DNA of 64,000 nucleotides from Patescibacteria group bacterium (GCA_026004595.1 BPJL01000002.1:1431-65430), one strand, 5' to 3'; positions 38,218 through 49,593 are shown, counted from the first letter of the stretch. A program made the numbers and translations. Notes: generated by a model from the sequence alone, not told the origin.

Positions 38218-39283
38218 CGCGGCAGATAAAAAAGATTTTTTGTTCGATGAGCTTCGAACTCTAACCCAGAAGGTTAACGAAACCGAGGGAATCCCCGAGA
38301 TTTTAGCCGACCGCTTGAAGCAGATGATTCAGAGGCTTGATAGGATGGCGAACCTTGGCCACTACGCCACGGAGTACGATACATTGGCGAGGTACATCGG
38401 GATAGTTACATCAATTCCTTGGGTAAAGAAAACAGAGGACAGGATGGATTTACAGATAACAAAGCAGATTCTGGATGAGCATCACTACGGTATGGAGTAT
38501 GTAAAAGAGAGAATATTGGAGTATATGTCCACATTGATTTTGTTAAAGAAGAGAGGCAAAGAGGTACTACAAAGGGCGCCCATTTTGCTTCTTGTAGGGT
38601 TGCAGGGAGTTGGAAAGACAACTCTTGCTATGTCAATTGCCGAGGCTCTCCAGAGGAAATTTGTACGAATAGCTATGGGAGGGATCGGTTCAACATTAGA
38701 GATAAGAGGCAGGAGCAAGGCATTCCCTGAGTCGGAACCTGGGCTAATTATAAAAGCACTCATAAACGCCGGGGTAAAGAATCCTGTGATACTTCTTGAT
38801 GAAATTGAAAAGGCCAGTGGAGAGGCCGGTCTGCAGTCAGACATTATGGCAGTTCTATTGGAGATACTTGACCCCGCTCAAAATGTTGCCTTCAGGGACC
38901 ACTATATTGATTTTCCTGTTGATTTATCCGAAGTGATGTTCATTTGTTCCGCGAATAATCTTGGTCCCATATCAACCGCCCTTTTAGATAGGATGGAGGT
39001 AATTAAAATGCCTTCTTACAGCGATGCGGAAAAAATGGTAATTGCGCGTGATTACATACTCCCAAAGGTTATAGAAAATTCGGGTCTCAAGCCTGAGGAG
39101 TTAATAATTGACCCCAACTTGTGGCCAGGAATAATTAGGCCGTTTGGTTATGATTCGGGCATAAGAAGCTTAACCAGAACTTTAGAGTCAATATGTAGAA
39201 AGGTGGCAAGGGAAATTGTGGAGGGCAAAGTTGATAAAGTTTACCTCACTGCCGATAACCTAAAACACTATCTCCCAAAATAG
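38210..39283 (+). CDS. Lon-type AAA+ ATPase lacking N- and protease domains
   Basis: LDEHHYGMEYVKERILE, GLQGVGKT, LLDEIEK, LLEILDP, LLDRME; ends LKHYLPK*. Confidence 0.88.
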   Translation: MNDAADKKDFLFDELRTLTQKVNETEGIPEILADRLKQMIQRLDRMANLGHYATEYDTLARYIGIVTSIPWVKKTEDRMDLQITKQILDEHHYGMEYVKERILEYMSTLILLKKRGKEVLQRAPILLLVGLQGVGKTTLAMSIAEALQRKFVRIAMGGIGSTLEIRGRSKAFPESEPGLIIKALINAGVKNPVILLDEIEKASGEAGLQSDIMAVLLEILDPAQNVAFRDHYIDFPVDLSEVMFICSANNLGPISTALLDRMEVIKMPSYSDAEKMVIARDYILPKVIENSGLKPEELIIDPNLWPGIIRPFGYDSGIRSLTRTLESICRKVAREIVEGKVDKVYLTADNLKHYLPK

Positions 39284-39284
39284 T

Positions 39285-39914
39285 ATGAACAAAGAAGAAA
39301 TGATGAGCAAAGTAACAGCGGCTATAAAAGCCTGCACTAAGTGCCGCTTGAGAAGAGGCGCTCTGAACGCTGTTCCTGGTGAAGGAAATATAAATAGTGA
39401 AATAGCATTTGTGGGGGAGGCGCCTGGACGGGTTGAAGATGAGACAGGAAGACCTTTTGTGGGAAGGGCAGGGATGTTGCTCGAGCAGTCTCTAAAGGAA
39501 ATAGGTTATAGCAGAAAAGATGTGTGGATAGGAAATATAGTAAAACACCGACCGCCCGAAAATCGCGATCCTTTGCCGGACGAAATAGACTCTTGCGAAC
39601 AATTTCTTGCGTACCAGCTTAAAATTATTTCTCCTCTCTTGGTTGTAGCTTTAGGAAGGTTTGCTCTGAATTATTTTTATCCACAGGGTAGAATAACTCT
39701 CGATAGAGGTACCCTTATCCAGACAAAGAATTATAAAATTTTTCCCGTTTACCATCCCGCCGCGGCTTTGAGGAATCCTGAGATGATGAGAGGATTTAAG
39801 GAAGATTTTGCAAAAATCCCCGAGGTATTGCATTTGGTAAAAAGAGGAGCTGAAGGAAACACGACTCAATCCGAAGGTCAAACTGATGATGGACAACTTG
39901 GGCTGGGTTTGTAA
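39285..39914 (+). CDS. Uracil-DNA glycosylase family 4
   Basis: CTKC, VGEAPG, PFVGRAG, RPPENR, YHPAAAL. Confidence 0.95.
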   Translation: MNKEEMMSKVTAAIKACTKCRLRRGALNAVPGEGNINSEIAFVGEAPGRVEDETGRPFVGRAGMLLEQSLKEIGYSRKDVWIGNIVKHRPPENRDPLPDEIDSCEQFLAYQLKIISPLLVVALGRFALNYFYPQGRITLDRGTLIQTKNYKIFPVYHPAAALRNPEMMRGFKEDFAKIPEVLHLVKRGAEGNTTQSEGQTDDGQLGLGL

Positions 39915-39923
39915 ACTTATTAT

Positions 39924-41648
39924 ATGGATCAACAATATGTAAATACAATTACACAGGAAGAAAAAGAAAGGGCGAAAAATACATTGAAAGTAATAACTTT
40001 AAGTGGAACTGAATCCGTAACCAAAAACTTAACGGTTTTTGAATATGGTGAAGATATTATATTGGTAGATTGCGGAGTGGGTTTTCCGGACAGCGATCTT
40101 TACGGTGTTGATGTTGTAATACCTGATTTTACTTACATTTTGGAAAATTCCCATAGGGTGAGAGGCCTTTTCATCACTCATGGTCATGAAGATCATTTCG
40201 GTGCCGTTCCTTACCTTTTAGAACATCTTGACGTTCAGATATTCACAAGCAAGCTGGTTCAGGGTTTTTTGAGGGAAAGACTAAGTGATAAGGGATTCAA
40301 ACATTTGTCGGAAAAAGCCCGCTACTCTTTGATTTCACCCGAAAGCGGTTCTGTTCAAGCGGGAGTTTTTAGAGTATCGGCGTTTGGCGTAAACCATTCT
40401 GTGCCTGATTCAATGGGGCTGGCAATTGAGACTCCGGAAGGGACGGTTTTGCATATGCCCGACTACAAAATTGATTGGACTCCTGTTTTGGATAAACCGA
40501 TTGATTTGAATGCTATTGCAGAGTTTGGCAAAAAAGGTGTGCTGTGTCTTCTTTCGGATTGTCTGAATGTTCTCACTGAAGGTTACTCCAAAAGTGAAAG
40601 TGTTCTCTCAAGCACCTTCACGGATCTTTTTGAGAGCAATCCGGGAAGGCAGATGTTTATAACAACAATCTCCTCAAATATTTCAAGGATGGATCAGATA
40701 ATGAATGCGGCTCTAAAGCATGGGAGGAAAGTTGTTTTGAGCGGGCGTTCAATAGAACAGAGTGTGAAGGTTGGAAGAAGCTTGGGTTTGTTAAAGTTTT
40801 CAGACGATCTCTTCGTACAGGAAAAGGAGGCAGCCAGATACCCACAGAACGAGCTTGTTTATATTATCGCGGGTTGCTACGGACAGCCCGAATCATCTTT
40901 AGGAAGATTGAGCAAGGGAGAACACAAAGACATCACACTGAATAAGAACGCTCTTGTAATATTTTCGGCCGACCCCAATCCGCCGGGTGTTGACATTGCT
41001 GTGGAAAGGGTAATGTCAGCATTTACTTTGGCGGGGGCAGAGGTCGTATATAGCAAAATTCAAGAAAACCTCCATGTTTCCGGGCACGGTACGAAAGGTG
41101 ATTTGATGACTATTGCATCAGTTGTTAAGCCCAAATACTTTATTCCGATAGGCGGGACAATCACCAGAATGAGGGCGTACACAAATATGTTGGGTGAGTT
41201 GGGTGTTCAAAACAACAGAGTGTTTGAGTGCTTAGAAGGTGATATCGTTGAATTTTCATCGGGTAAAGCTAAAAAGTCCGGAAGAATCCAGACAGTTCCT
41301 GTTTACATTGACACGGCTGATCCGGGTAGTACGATTAATCCGGTTGTAATAAAAGATAGAGATCAGCTTTCAACTGACGGTGTTTTTGTTGTGATAATTC
41401 CTTCAAGAGACGGTGTTTTGATGAAGGATAAGGTTGAAGTTATAACGCGGGGATTTATATATGTCAAAGCGTCCCAAGAGTTGATGGACAAATCAAGGAA
41501 GTTTGTAACCAAGACGCTTGAGAAAATGTCGGAAAAACCATCTGAATGGCCGGCTAAGAAGAAAAAAATTGAAAATGAAATTCAAGAATTTCTGTTCAAG
41601 GAAACAAGGAGTTCGCCTTTGGTAATAGTTCACGCCCTGAACGTCTAG
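39924..41648 (+). CDS. rnj: Ribonuclease J
   Basis: THGHEDH, NHSVPD, LHVSGH. Confidence 0.95.
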   Translation: MDQQYVNTITQEEKERAKNTLKVITLSGTESVTKNLTVFEYGEDIILVDCGVGFPDSDLYGVDVVIPDFTYILENSHRVRGLFITHGHEDHFGAVPYLLEHLDVQIFTSKLVQGFLRERLSDKGFKHLSEKARYSLISPESGSVQAGVFRVSAFGVNHSVPDSMGLAIETPEGTVLHMPDYKIDWTPVLDKPIDLNAIAEFGKKGVLCLLSDCLNVLTEGYSKSESVLSSTFTDLFESNPGRQMFITTISSNISRMDQIMNAALKHGRKVVLSGRSIEQSVKVGRSLGLLKFSDDLFVQEKEAARYPQNELVYIIAGCYGQPESSLGRLSKGEHKDITLNKNALVIFSADPNPPGVDIAVERVMSAFTLAGAEVVYSKIQENLHVSGHGTKGDLMTIASVVKPKYFIPIGGTITRMRAYTNMLGELGVQNNRVFECLEGDIVEFSSGKAKKSGRIQTVPVYIDTADPGSTINPVVIKDRDQLSTDGVFVVIIPSRDGVLMKDKVEVITRGFIYVKASQELMDKSRKFVTKTLEKMSEKPSEWPAKKKKIENEIQEFLFKETRSSPLVIVHALNV

Positions 41649-41719
41649 TTTGCTTGATACAGGCCGTTGTTTTCTTTATCTCAAATTAAATTGGCTTTGC
41701 TAGTGATATAATTTAGCCA

Positions 41720-43957
41720 ATGCCGCGTGGGAGAAGAAGAAAATTTCGGATACATTTCAACGTAAGGCCTGAAACTATAAGGTCGGTATTAGCGCTTCTG
41801 TTGGTCAGCTTAGGCCTTTTAAGTTTAATAGCATTTTTTACCCCGTCTTATTCTTTCAATTCAAAGGTTGTGGGGTTTCTTACACGTTTGTTTGGCAAGC
41901 CCTCTATATTAGTGCCTTTTCTTCTTGTAATAGCGGGGTTACTGTTTATCCAAAGGCTCCAGCTTAAGATAAAAGAGCCTAGAATCGCCATCGGGCTTAT
42001 CTTAGCTTTGTTATCGTTGTCGGGGTTGTTTCACTTGTTTATAGAGAGTGATGAGGCTTTGGGGGCTGCAGAAAAAGGTTTGGGAGGAGGTTTCGTAGGC
42101 TACAAAATAAGCAATGTGCTGATTTCGAGCGTCAGTATTTATGGAGCGGTTGTAGTGCTTTTTCTTGCGGTTGTGGTGTCGGCTATTCTTCTATTTGATA
42201 TTTCCTTGGATCAAATCCTGGGCTTTGTTTCTGAAAAAGGAGCTCCTCTGAAGGATTTTATAAAGAGAACATGGCCGTTTAAAAAGGAGGCAGTTGAGGA
42301 ATTTGGTGAATTTGAAAGCGAGTACAAGGAGGGTGAAGAAGTTAGCGAGCCTGCCCCCGAGAAAGAAGTTGAGGAAGAAGAACCGGAATTTGAAGTCATA
42401 CCAACCCAGTATGAACCCCAAAAAGCTCCTGTTGTTCTCTCAGAGGATGTGACTTCTTCTATTGCTCCTGTGTCCCCGACAGGGTTTTTATCCGCTCCTC
42501 CGAACAAAATATGGGTTGAACCTCCTTTGGATTTGCTTAATGAGCCCGTTCCCGAAACCAGGGATTTAACAGAATCCAAAGCCAATGAAAAGAAAATTAT
42601 AGAAACTTTGAAATCTTTCGGAATTGAAGCTGAAATAGCAAGCACAAAAGTCGGTCCATCAGTTACACGATATGCTTTAAGACCCAAGTCCGTTACTAAA
42701 GTTTCGAAAATAGCTTCGTTACACGAAAACTTGGCATTAGCTCTAGCGTCTCCCACCGGTTCGGTGAGAGTTGAAGCTCCAATACCCGGTACTTCAGAGA
42801 TTGGAGTAGAAGTGCCGAATTCAAACAGAACCCTTGTTTACTTTAAGTCAATAATTACGTCAGAGGCTATGAAAGCCATGAAATCAAAACTGGCGATAGG
42901 TTTAGGGAAGGACGTTGCGGGTAAGACTTATGTCTACGATATTGCCAAAATGCCTCATTTGCTCATAGCCGGCTCAACAAACTCTGGAAAATCAATTTTC
43001 ATCCACAATATATTATTCTCCATTCTTTTCCGCGCATCTCCGCAGGAAGTTAAATTTGTGCTTGTTGATCCCAAGAGAAATGAACTGACTCACTATCAGG
43101 ATATTCCCCATCTCATAACTCCTGTTGTTGTGGATATGGACAGAGCTCATTCAGTATTTATGTGGGCGGTTAAGGAAATGGAAAGGCGGCTAAGATTGTT
43201 TGAGCAGGCCAAGGTAAGAAATATTGATTATTACAATGAAAACTCAGGTTTTCAGGCCCTTCCTTACATCGTGATAATTGTAGATGAGTTTGCGGAGGTT
43301 ATGCTTCAAAATACCAATGAGGTGGAAAAGGCGGTTGTACGTCTTGCGCAAATGGCAAGATCAACAGGTATTCATTTGGTTCTTGCGGTTCAGCGGCCCT
43401 CAATCAACATAATCACGGGTATCATCAAGGCCAATATACCGACTCGTGTGGCATTTAGCGTTTCTAGCCAGATCGATTCAAGGGTTATTATTGATCAGCC
43501 CGGCGCGGAGAAACTTCTGACAAAGGGAGATATGCTTTTTGTGCCGCCCGACGCCCAAAAGCCCATACGTTTACAGGGTGCTTACATAGATGAAAAAGAA
43601 ATAGCGCGTCTTGTTAATTATCTTAAGAGTCAGGGAATAGAGCCGGATTATTCAGAAGAAGTTTTGGCAAATGTCATGGAGAAGGATGGAAAGGTGGGTT
43701 CAAGCGCTTGGGGTGAGGGCGTGGACCCGTTGTTTGATGAGGCTGTGGAAATAGTAAGTTCAATGGGGAAGGCGTCGGCGTCACTGCTCCAAAGAAAGCT
43801 TTCTATAGGTTTTTCAAGGGCAGCAAGAATAATTGATGAAATGGAAGAGAAGGGGATAGTAGGACCGGCTGTTGGGGGAAGCAGGGCAAGAGAGCTTTTG
43901 ATAGGAGGAGGTGGGCACAGTGGATATGTAGATGAGATTGACGATCTAGTTTCTTAG
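41720..43957 (+). CDS. ftsK: DNA translocase FtsK/SpoIIIE
   Basis: 4-TM N-domain, PHLLIAGSTNSGKS, IVDEFAE, gamma domain (SASLLQRKL). Confidence 0.96.
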   Translation: MPRGRRRKFRIHFNVRPETIRSVLALLLVSLGLLSLIAFFTPSYSFNSKVVGFLTRLFGKPSILVPFLLVIAGLLFIQRLQLKIKEPRIAIGLILALLSLSGLFHLFIESDEALGAAEKGLGGGFVGYKISNVLISSVSIYGAVVVLFLAVVVSAILLFDISLDQILGFVSEKGAPLKDFIKRTWPFKKEAVEEFGEFESEYKEGEEVSEPAPEKEVEEEEPEFEVIPTQYEPQKAPVVLSEDVTSSIAPVSPTGFLSAPPNKIWVEPPLDLLNEPVPETRDLTESKANEKKIIETLKSFGIEAEIASTKVGPSVTRYALRPKSVTKVSKIASLHENLALALASPTGSVRVEAPIPGTSEIGVEVPNSNRTLVYFKSIITSEAMKAMKSKLAIGLGKDVAGKTYVYDIAKMPHLLIAGSTNSGKSIFIHNILFSILFRASPQEVKFVLVDPKRNELTHYQDIPHLITPVVVDMDRAHSVFMWAVKEMERRLRLFEQAKVRNIDYYNENSGFQALPYIVIIVDEFAEVMLQNTNEVEKAVVRLAQMARSTGIHLVLAVQRPSINIITGIIKANIPTRVAFSVSSQIDSRVIIDQPGAEKLLTKGDMLFVPPDAQKPIRLQGAYIDEKEIARLVNYLKSQGIEPDYSEEVLANVMEKDGKVGSSAWGEGVDPLFDEAVEIVSSMGKASASLLQRKLSIGFSRAARIIDEMEEKGIVGPAVGGSRARELLIGGGGHSGYVDEIDDLVS

Positions 43958-43980
43958 CAATTTTGGTAGAATAGCAAGGT

Positions 43981-44256
43981 ATGGGAAGTAAAAAAAGATC
44001 CAAACAAAAAAGAATAGAAAGGCGCCTTGTGGAAATTGTACGCGCCCAGAATTCGGCTCAGGGTCATGCAGTAGGAATCACACAAAATTTGCAAAAAGAA
44101 AACGAAACTAAAATCTCTGATTCTAAGGGTATTTTTCATGAACTTCCGATGACAGAAATGAAGAAAGATATGATTAAGAACGCGGCCTATCTGGCTTTCG
44201 CCGTCGCTTTGATTTTAGTCATAGAAATATCGGGTTTGTATTATAAGTTGTTTTAG
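43981..44256 (+). CDS. Small protein with C-terminal TM
   Basis: 91-aa ORF with a TGnTAGAAT box 8 nt upstream; exactly fills the gap to prfB. Confidence 0.6.
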   Translation: MGSKKRSKQKRIERRLVEIVRAQNSAQGHAVGITQNLQKENETKISDSKGIFHELPMTEMKKDMIKNAAYLAFAVALILVIEISGLYYKLF

Positions 44257-45264
44257 TTAGGAGCGGATTTCAGCGTCTATAAATTCATCCAATCCTCCGT
44301 CGAGGATGTAGTCAGGGTCCGAAGATTCGACTCCGGTTCTCAGATCTTTTACTAGTTTATAGGGATGTAAAACGTAGTTTCTAATTTGATTCCCCCATCC
44401 GGGCATCTTATATTCTCCCTTTGCTTTCTTTTTTTCTTCCTCGATTTTTTCCTCTTCCATTTTGTACAGCTTTGATCTTAATATTTTCAGCGCTTTCTCT
44501 CTGTTTTTTCCTTGGAACCTTTCTTCTTGGCATTCAACAATAATTCCGGTGGGTTTGTGCTTAAGACGCACGGCAGTCGAAACCTTATTTACATTTTGTC
44601 CTCCGCTGCCGCCGGATCTGAAAAAATCCCATTCAAGATCTTCATCTTTTATCTCAATATCTCCCAAATCATCATTTATCAATGGAATGACCTCTACTAG
44701 GGCGAATGAAGTTTGGCGGAGGTTATCAGCATTGAAGGGGGATTGCCTTACCAATCGATGAACGCCTGATTCACGTTTTAAAAATCCATAGGCGTATGGA
44801 CCTGATATTTCCAGAGTTGCTGTCTTTATCCCCGCTTCCTCACCGGGGGTCATACTTACTTCATGCCATTCCCATCCGGTCTTTTCTGCGTATCTTTTAT
44901 ACATTCTCAAAAGCATGGCTGCCCAATCCATGGCTTCCGTTCCTCCCTGGCCGGCGTGTATTGTTACAATTGCGTCGTTTCGGTCGTGTTTATCCTTGAA
45001 AAAGGTTTTTAATTCAAGACGGTGTAGTTCTCGTTCAAAATTTTCTTTGTCCCCTTCCTCTGCCATAAGCTCAAGCATCTCATAATCTTCTATGTCTTTT
45101 TTTAACGCCGCCAGATCTTTTGCTACCCCGGTGCCTTCCTCCCAGTTTTTCCATGTAGATTCATCAACGACTCTTTCCTCAAGAGCTTTTATTTTGGCCC
45201 TTTTTTCTTCAATAAAAAGCCCTTCTTTAAGTTGTTTAAGCCGTTCTCTCAATGTTTCTTCCAT
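44257..45264 (-). CDS. prfB: Peptide chain release factor 2, no programmed frameshift
   Basis: HRLVRQSPF (SPF), [17 protein letters not shown]; continuous ORF. Confidence 0.96.
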   Translation of the reverse strand: MEETLRERLKQLKEGLFIEEKRAKIKALEERVVDESTWKNWEEGTGVAKDLAALKKDIEDYEMLELMAEEGDKENFERELHRLELKTFFKDKHDRNDAIVTIHAGQGGTEAMDWAAMLLRMYKRYAEKTGWEWHEVSMTPGEEAGIKTATLEISGPYAYGFLKRESGVHRLVRQSPFNADNLRQTSFALVEVIPLINDDLGDIEIKDEDLEWDFFRSGGSGGQNVNKVSTAVRLKHKPTGIIVECQEERFQGKNREKALKILRSKLYKMEEEKIEEEKKKAKGEYKMPGWGNQIRNYVLHPYKLVKDLRTGVESSDPDYILDGGLDEFIDAEIRS

Positions 45265-45289
45265 AGCTATGAGATTATACCACCGGTTG

Positions 45290-47857
45290 TTACTCCAGAG
45301 CCTCTAGTCCTAAAAGAATTTGGTCGCCGGGGTTTATTTCTTTTCGAAGCATTTTAGTAGCAAGGTAGGTTTCAACCGTGTCTTCTATGAGACGAGCCAG
45401 CGGACGGGCGCCCCATTCAGGAGAAAAGCCCCTTTTGGCAAGTTCGTCAACAAGCTCCTGTTTGAATCTTATGTTGACTCCCTTTTCACTTGCCATTTCT
45501 TTGACTCTATCCAGCATAAGAGAAGTTATTTGCTTAACGTTTTCTTCAGATAGGGGGTTGAAAATTATGATTCCTGAAAATCTATTTAAAAACTCGGGAG
45601 CGAACCTCTCTCGTACTTCTGACATTGCCTTCTCTCTCATTTTCTCAAGAGTCCCATGTTCTGCAAAAACCTGCTGAATTGCCTTTGTTCCCACATTGCT
45701 TGTGGCAATTATTATTGTGTTCGTAAAATCTATTTTCATTCCTGTGTTGTCCGTTAGTTTTCCCTCATCTAAAACCTGCAGAAAGGTTAAGAGAATGTTA
45801 GGATGAGCTTTTTCTATTTCGTCCAGCAGAATTAGTGCGAATGGCTTACTCCTCACCATATTTGTCAGCAGTCCCTTTGTTTTGCCGTCGGGTGTTCCGA
45901 GCAGACGATTTATGCTGTCTACCTGTTGATACTCGCTCATATCTAGCCTGATCATATTATTTGTGTCTCCGAAGTAGTGCTTGGCCAAAGCTTTTGCAGT
46001 TTGAGTTTTTCCTATTCCGGTTGTTCCTACAAATAGAAAACTTGCGATGGGCTTGTTTTCGTCACGTATCCCCGCCCGCGCCCTTCTTAAGGCGGTAGAT
46101 ATTTGTCTGACAGCTTCGTCCTGGCCCACGATCATTTTTTTCATCGTTTCCTCAATAGAAAGGAGCTTTTGAGCCTCGTCTTGAGAAATAGTTTCAACGG
46201 GTATACGAGTCATTTCAGCAATCTCTGCGGCTATGTGGGTTGAAGCAAGAATGGGGGAATTTTCCACAACCCTCGCAGCTGTTCGGTTAAGTATGTCTAT
46301 TGCTTTGTCGGGCAGTACTCTTTCGTGCATTAGTTTTTCTGATAGTTCAACCGTTTTGACCAGGGCGGGGTAAGTTATGGTTATATTGTGTTTGGCTTCA
46401 AGTTTGTCGGCTTTTGTTTCAAGAATTTTTACTGTTACATCTTTCGGCAATTCATCAATTTCAACAATATGGAAAAGACGGGAGAAGGCTCCATTAGGTT
46501 CTATGTATTTTCTGAAATTTGAAATTGTTGTTGCCCCGATGAATTTTATTTTTCCTTCTGAAAGATGGGGTTCCAGTATGGTGTAAATTGTTGATGTTTC
46601 TGCATTAGAATCTCCTGCGCTGGCAACGACGTTATGAATTTCGTCAATGAATAGAATAATATCTCCTGATCCTTCAACCTCTTCCATCACCTTTCTTAGG
46701 TTCTGTGCTATCATCCCTGGAGTTGTAGCGCCGGAAATGAATCCCCCAATGTCCAGACCAACCAGCCTGTGGTTGCTTATGGATTTGTATTCGTTGCTCT
46801 CGATTATGGCTTGGGCGATACCTTCTATCAAAGTTGTTTTTCCGCTTCCGGGCTCTCCGACGATAAGCACATTTTCTTTCTGTCCGGATAGTATTTGGGC
46901 GATTGTTTTAATATCCTCATCTCTGCCTAGTATTTTTTTGTACTTGCCACGCAAAATTTCTTTTGTAAAGTCACGGGACATTGAGTCAAGAGTAGGCGTG
47001 ACCCTTCCAAGCATCCCTCTTCCTATGCCGCCGGTGAAAATCAATTGGTAATCGTCCTGCCAGAGAAAAAGTCTATTTCTCTCATTTCTTTTATCGTTTT
47101 CCCATTCAACGGCCCTCGCTACATATTTCATAGAACTGTTTAGCGATGCTAATATAATGTCAATTTTTGGGATGTTGTTAAGCACGGCAAGAAGAAGATG
47201 ATCCAGCTCAATATACTTTGACTTGAGTCTTAAAGCGTCAGAAAACATTGCCTGTCCCAAAGTTGATTGTTGTATTACAGGGGCTGATTTCAATTTTTCA
47301 AAAAGCAGATCCTTGTTTATTTCCGATCGGATAAGAATAAGTTTTGAAATGTCCTGTTCAAAAAGCCATTTAATTCCCTTGGTTTGATCTATAGTCAGCT
47401 TTTCCAAACCTTTTAGTACATTGTTTCTGCAACTTGCCTTGAAGTTTTCTTTTGTATTTTTTTGGACTCTAACTCTTGGTGTATCTCGGTTCCTAATAAG
47501 GTAAAGAAGATAAAATGCAATGAAATAAGCTACAGTATAATCCAAACCCTTGTATTTTAAAACAGCTACGGGAGCCGCAAACCACCCAATTATCGCTAGG
47601 GAAGATATTATGACAAGCAGAAGCATATATACCAGTCCGAAAGCTATCCAAAATATTCTTATGACAAATCCCGCAAGCCTTCCAACTATGGTGTAGTCGC
47701 CGAAAAGGGGAACAAAGAGAAGTTGAAGGTTCGTTGAAAACGAGATCTGGTAGTTCACAAGTATAATAAGATGTGAAAATACTTTTATTATTCTCCTTGG
47801 AGCTGATAAAAGCCACCAGAATATAAACTCGTGGGGCATCCTGGGCAGGGATTTCAT
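45290..47857 (-). CDS. Hsp100/ClpA-like double-AAA ATPase with N-terminal membrane domain
   Basis: Hydrophobic N-terminus; [14 protein letters not shown] and [17 protein letters not shown]; PEFLNR, WGARPL. Confidence 0.9.
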   Translation of the reverse strand: MKSLPRMPHEFIFWWLLSAPRRIIKVFSHLIILVNYQISFSTNLQLLFVPLFGDYTIVGRLAGFVIRIFWIAFGLVYMLLLVIISSLAIIGWFAAPVAVLKYKGLDYTVAYFIAFYLLYLIRNRDTPRVRVQKNTKENFKASCRNNVLKGLEKLTIDQTKGIKWLFEQDISKLILIRSEINKDLLFEKLKSAPVIQQSTLGQAMFSDALRLKSKYIELDHLLLAVLNNIPKIDIILASLNSSMKYVARAVEWENDKRNERNRLFLWQDDYQLIFTGGIGRGMLGRVTPTLDSMSRDFTKEILRGKYKKILGRDEDIKTIAQILSGQKENVLIVGEPGSGKTTLIEGIAQAIIESNEYKSISNHRLVGLDIGGFISGATTPGMIAQNLRKVMEEVEGSGDIILFIDEIHNVVASAGDSNAETSTIYTILEPHLSEGKIKFIGATTISNFRKYIEPNGAFSRLFHIVEIDELPKDVTVKILETKADKLEAKHNITITYPALVKTVELSEKLMHERVLPDKAIDILNRTAARVVENSPILASTHIAAEIAEMTRIPVETISQDEAQKLLSIEETMKKMIVGQDEAVRQISTALRRARAGIRDENKPIASFLFVGTTGIGKTQTAKALAKHYFGDTNNMIRLDMSEYQQVDSINRLLGTPDGKTKGLLTNMVRSKPFALILLDEIEKAHPNILLTFLQVLDEGKLTDNTGMKIDFTNTIIIATSNVGTKAIQQVFAEHGTLEKMREKAMSEVRERFAPEFLNRFSGIIIFNPLSEENVKQITSLMLDRVKEMASEKGVNIRFKQELVDELAKRGFSPEWGARPLARLIEDTVETYLATKMLRKEINPGDQILLGLEALE

Positions 47858-47869
47858 AACATAAGGATA

Positions 47870-48301
47870 TCAGACTCGGACAACCTTTTGTATTGTGAGT
47901 TGATGAAAAACGATACCTATTCCAAAACCCGCGCACCAGTATAGGAGAGGCAGCCCCGAAGCTTTTATTATGTAATGTGTCGGAAGGGAAAAAACGGCCT
48001 TCCCGACAATCTCTTTTTGTACAATTGGGTATGGATCTTCGTTTTGATTGTTGTCGCCTTTGGTTATGAAAAGGTCGTTCCTAATCTCAACTATTCTATG
48101 CGTTATGTATGTATTGTTTTTTTTGAATGCCGCTATGTCGCCAATCTTTAACCTGCGGGCGGGTATCACGATTACTATGTCGCCTTTCCGTATATAGGGT
48201 TCCATAGAATCACTTTTAACGTACAGTGTTTTTATCCCACCTACATACGCCGCTAGAATAACCAGTGCTATTAAAATTAGTGTGTAATACCTGCCCGTCA
48301 T
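47870..48301 (-). CDS. sipW: Signal peptidase I, SipW/ER-type (S26B)
   Basis: SDSMEP, ITHRIV (Ser-His dyad), TKGDNN..D. Confidence 0.85.
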   Translation of the reverse strand: MTGRYYTLILIALVILAAYVGGIKTLYVKSDSMEPYIRKGDIVIVIPARRLKIGDIAAFKKNNTYITHRIVEIRNDLFITKGDNNQNEDPYPIVQKEIVGKAVFSLPTHYIIKASGLPLLYWCAGFGIGIVFHQLTIQKVVRV

Positions 48302-48328
48302 GTCTGATCAAATATTTTAATGTGCCAA

Positions 48329-48907
48329 TTACTGTTGTACTGATTCGAATTCAAAATCAAACATAGCCGATTTTCCCTGTTTTGTAGCGCTTAGGTTATC
48401 TACTGAGAACCTGAGCACCAAAGGTCTCGTCTGACCCGGGTTGATTTGCCCGACGCCTATTCCCTCGGTCTTCCATTTTATTATCGTTTTCTTGGCTAAG
48501 CTAAGTCCGATTTCTCCTGAGTCAAGAACGCCGTTGTTGTTTGCATCATTCCATTCAAATATCTCTACATAAATATCTGATCTTAAATCAGCTGGGTCGT
48601 TTGCTGTTTCGTAATAGGCTTTTGAGGTTACGGATATTTTTAATGATCCGTTGTTTATAAGTTTCAAGGGGTAATCAGCTGACCACGTTTGTCCGATATT
48701 AGAGAAAGAAGGGCCTGGTAACTCATCAACCAGATTTGTGGGCTCGGTGCCGAGAGGCAAATCTTTAAGAAATTTTAAGTCAGCACTGCCCACCGAAAAA
48801 GTAGAGCCGAGAACCTTTGCTTTGTCTGTAAATGCGGCTAAAGTTACACCCGTTATCAAAGATACCAGGGTTAAAATAACTAATGCGTAAATAATCTTTT
48901 GTTTCAA
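48329..48907 (-). CDS. TasA/CalY (camelysin)-like protein with SipW-type signal peptide
   Basis: GVTLAAFTD..TFSVGSADL signal/N-strand, LINNGS, QGKSAMFDFEF; SD AAAGGGGGTGA. Confidence 0.78.
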   Translation of the reverse strand: MKQKIIYALVILTLVSLITGVTLAAFTDKAKVLGSTFSVGSADLKFLKDLPLGTEPTNLVDELPGPSFSNIGQTWSADYPLKLINNGSLKISVTSKAYYETANDPADLRSDIYVEIFEWNDANNNGVLDSGEIGLSLAKKTIIKWKTEGIGVGQINPGQTRPLVLRFSVDNLSATKQGKSAMFDFEFESVQQ

Positions 48908-48909
48908 TT

Positions 48910-49593
48910 TTATTCACCCCCTTTCAACAAATTTTGGGCACGCATGCTTGAGAAAGATTTGTCGCATACTATTAGGTGATCGATAAGGTTTATGCCGACA
49001 ATTTGGCAGGCTTCTTGAACTCTTTTAGTAATTTTCACATCTTCTGTGCTGGGGTTAGGCTCTCCAGACGGATGGTTATGGGCAAGAATGATAGATACGG
49101 CATTATCCATTATTGCCGTTCTTATAATTTCACGCGGGTGTATGAGGGTCTCGTTTATTGTGCCCGCGGACACCAAGCTTTTTTTGATAGTGATGTTTCT
49201 TGAATTTAGGGATATTAAATACAAGTGTTCAGTTTCTTTTCCAAAGAAATTGGGTTTGACGTATTCATAGGCGTCATTTGGTCCTGACACTTTTACACTT
49301 TGTCTTGGAGGGTTGTTATACCTATTGATAAGCTCTTTTATAGCCGAGAGTCTTGCGGCCTTAACCTTTCCAAGATATTTGTTTCTTATCAATTTTTGGA
49401 CAGGGGTATTTAAAAGGGTATAAAGAGATCCACTTTCCCTAATTATTTTTTGTGAGAGTTCCAGTACCGAGCTGCCTTTGCCGCCGCTTGATAGGATTAT
49501 GGCTGTAAGTTCGGCGTCAGACAGTATATCGGCACCTTTGTTAAGCAGTTTTTCTATTGGTCTGTCTTCTTCTGGAAGTAAAGACATTTTCAT
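48910..49593 (-). CDS. radC: RadC/JAB-domain protein
   Basis: RPIEKL, LSDAEL, IHPREI, AHNHPSG..PS..D, IDHLIV. Confidence 0.94.
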   Translation of the reverse strand: MKMSLLPEEDRPIEKLLNKGADILSDAELTAIILSSGGKGSSVLELSQKIIRESGSLYTLLNTPVQKLIRNKYLGKVKAARLSAIKELINRYNNPPRQSVKVSGPNDAYEYVKPNFFGKETEHLYLISLNSRNITIKKSLVSAGTINETLIHPREIIRTAIMDNAVSIILAHNHPSGEPNPSTEDVKITKRVQEACQIVGINLIDHLIVCDKSFSSMRAQNLLKGGE

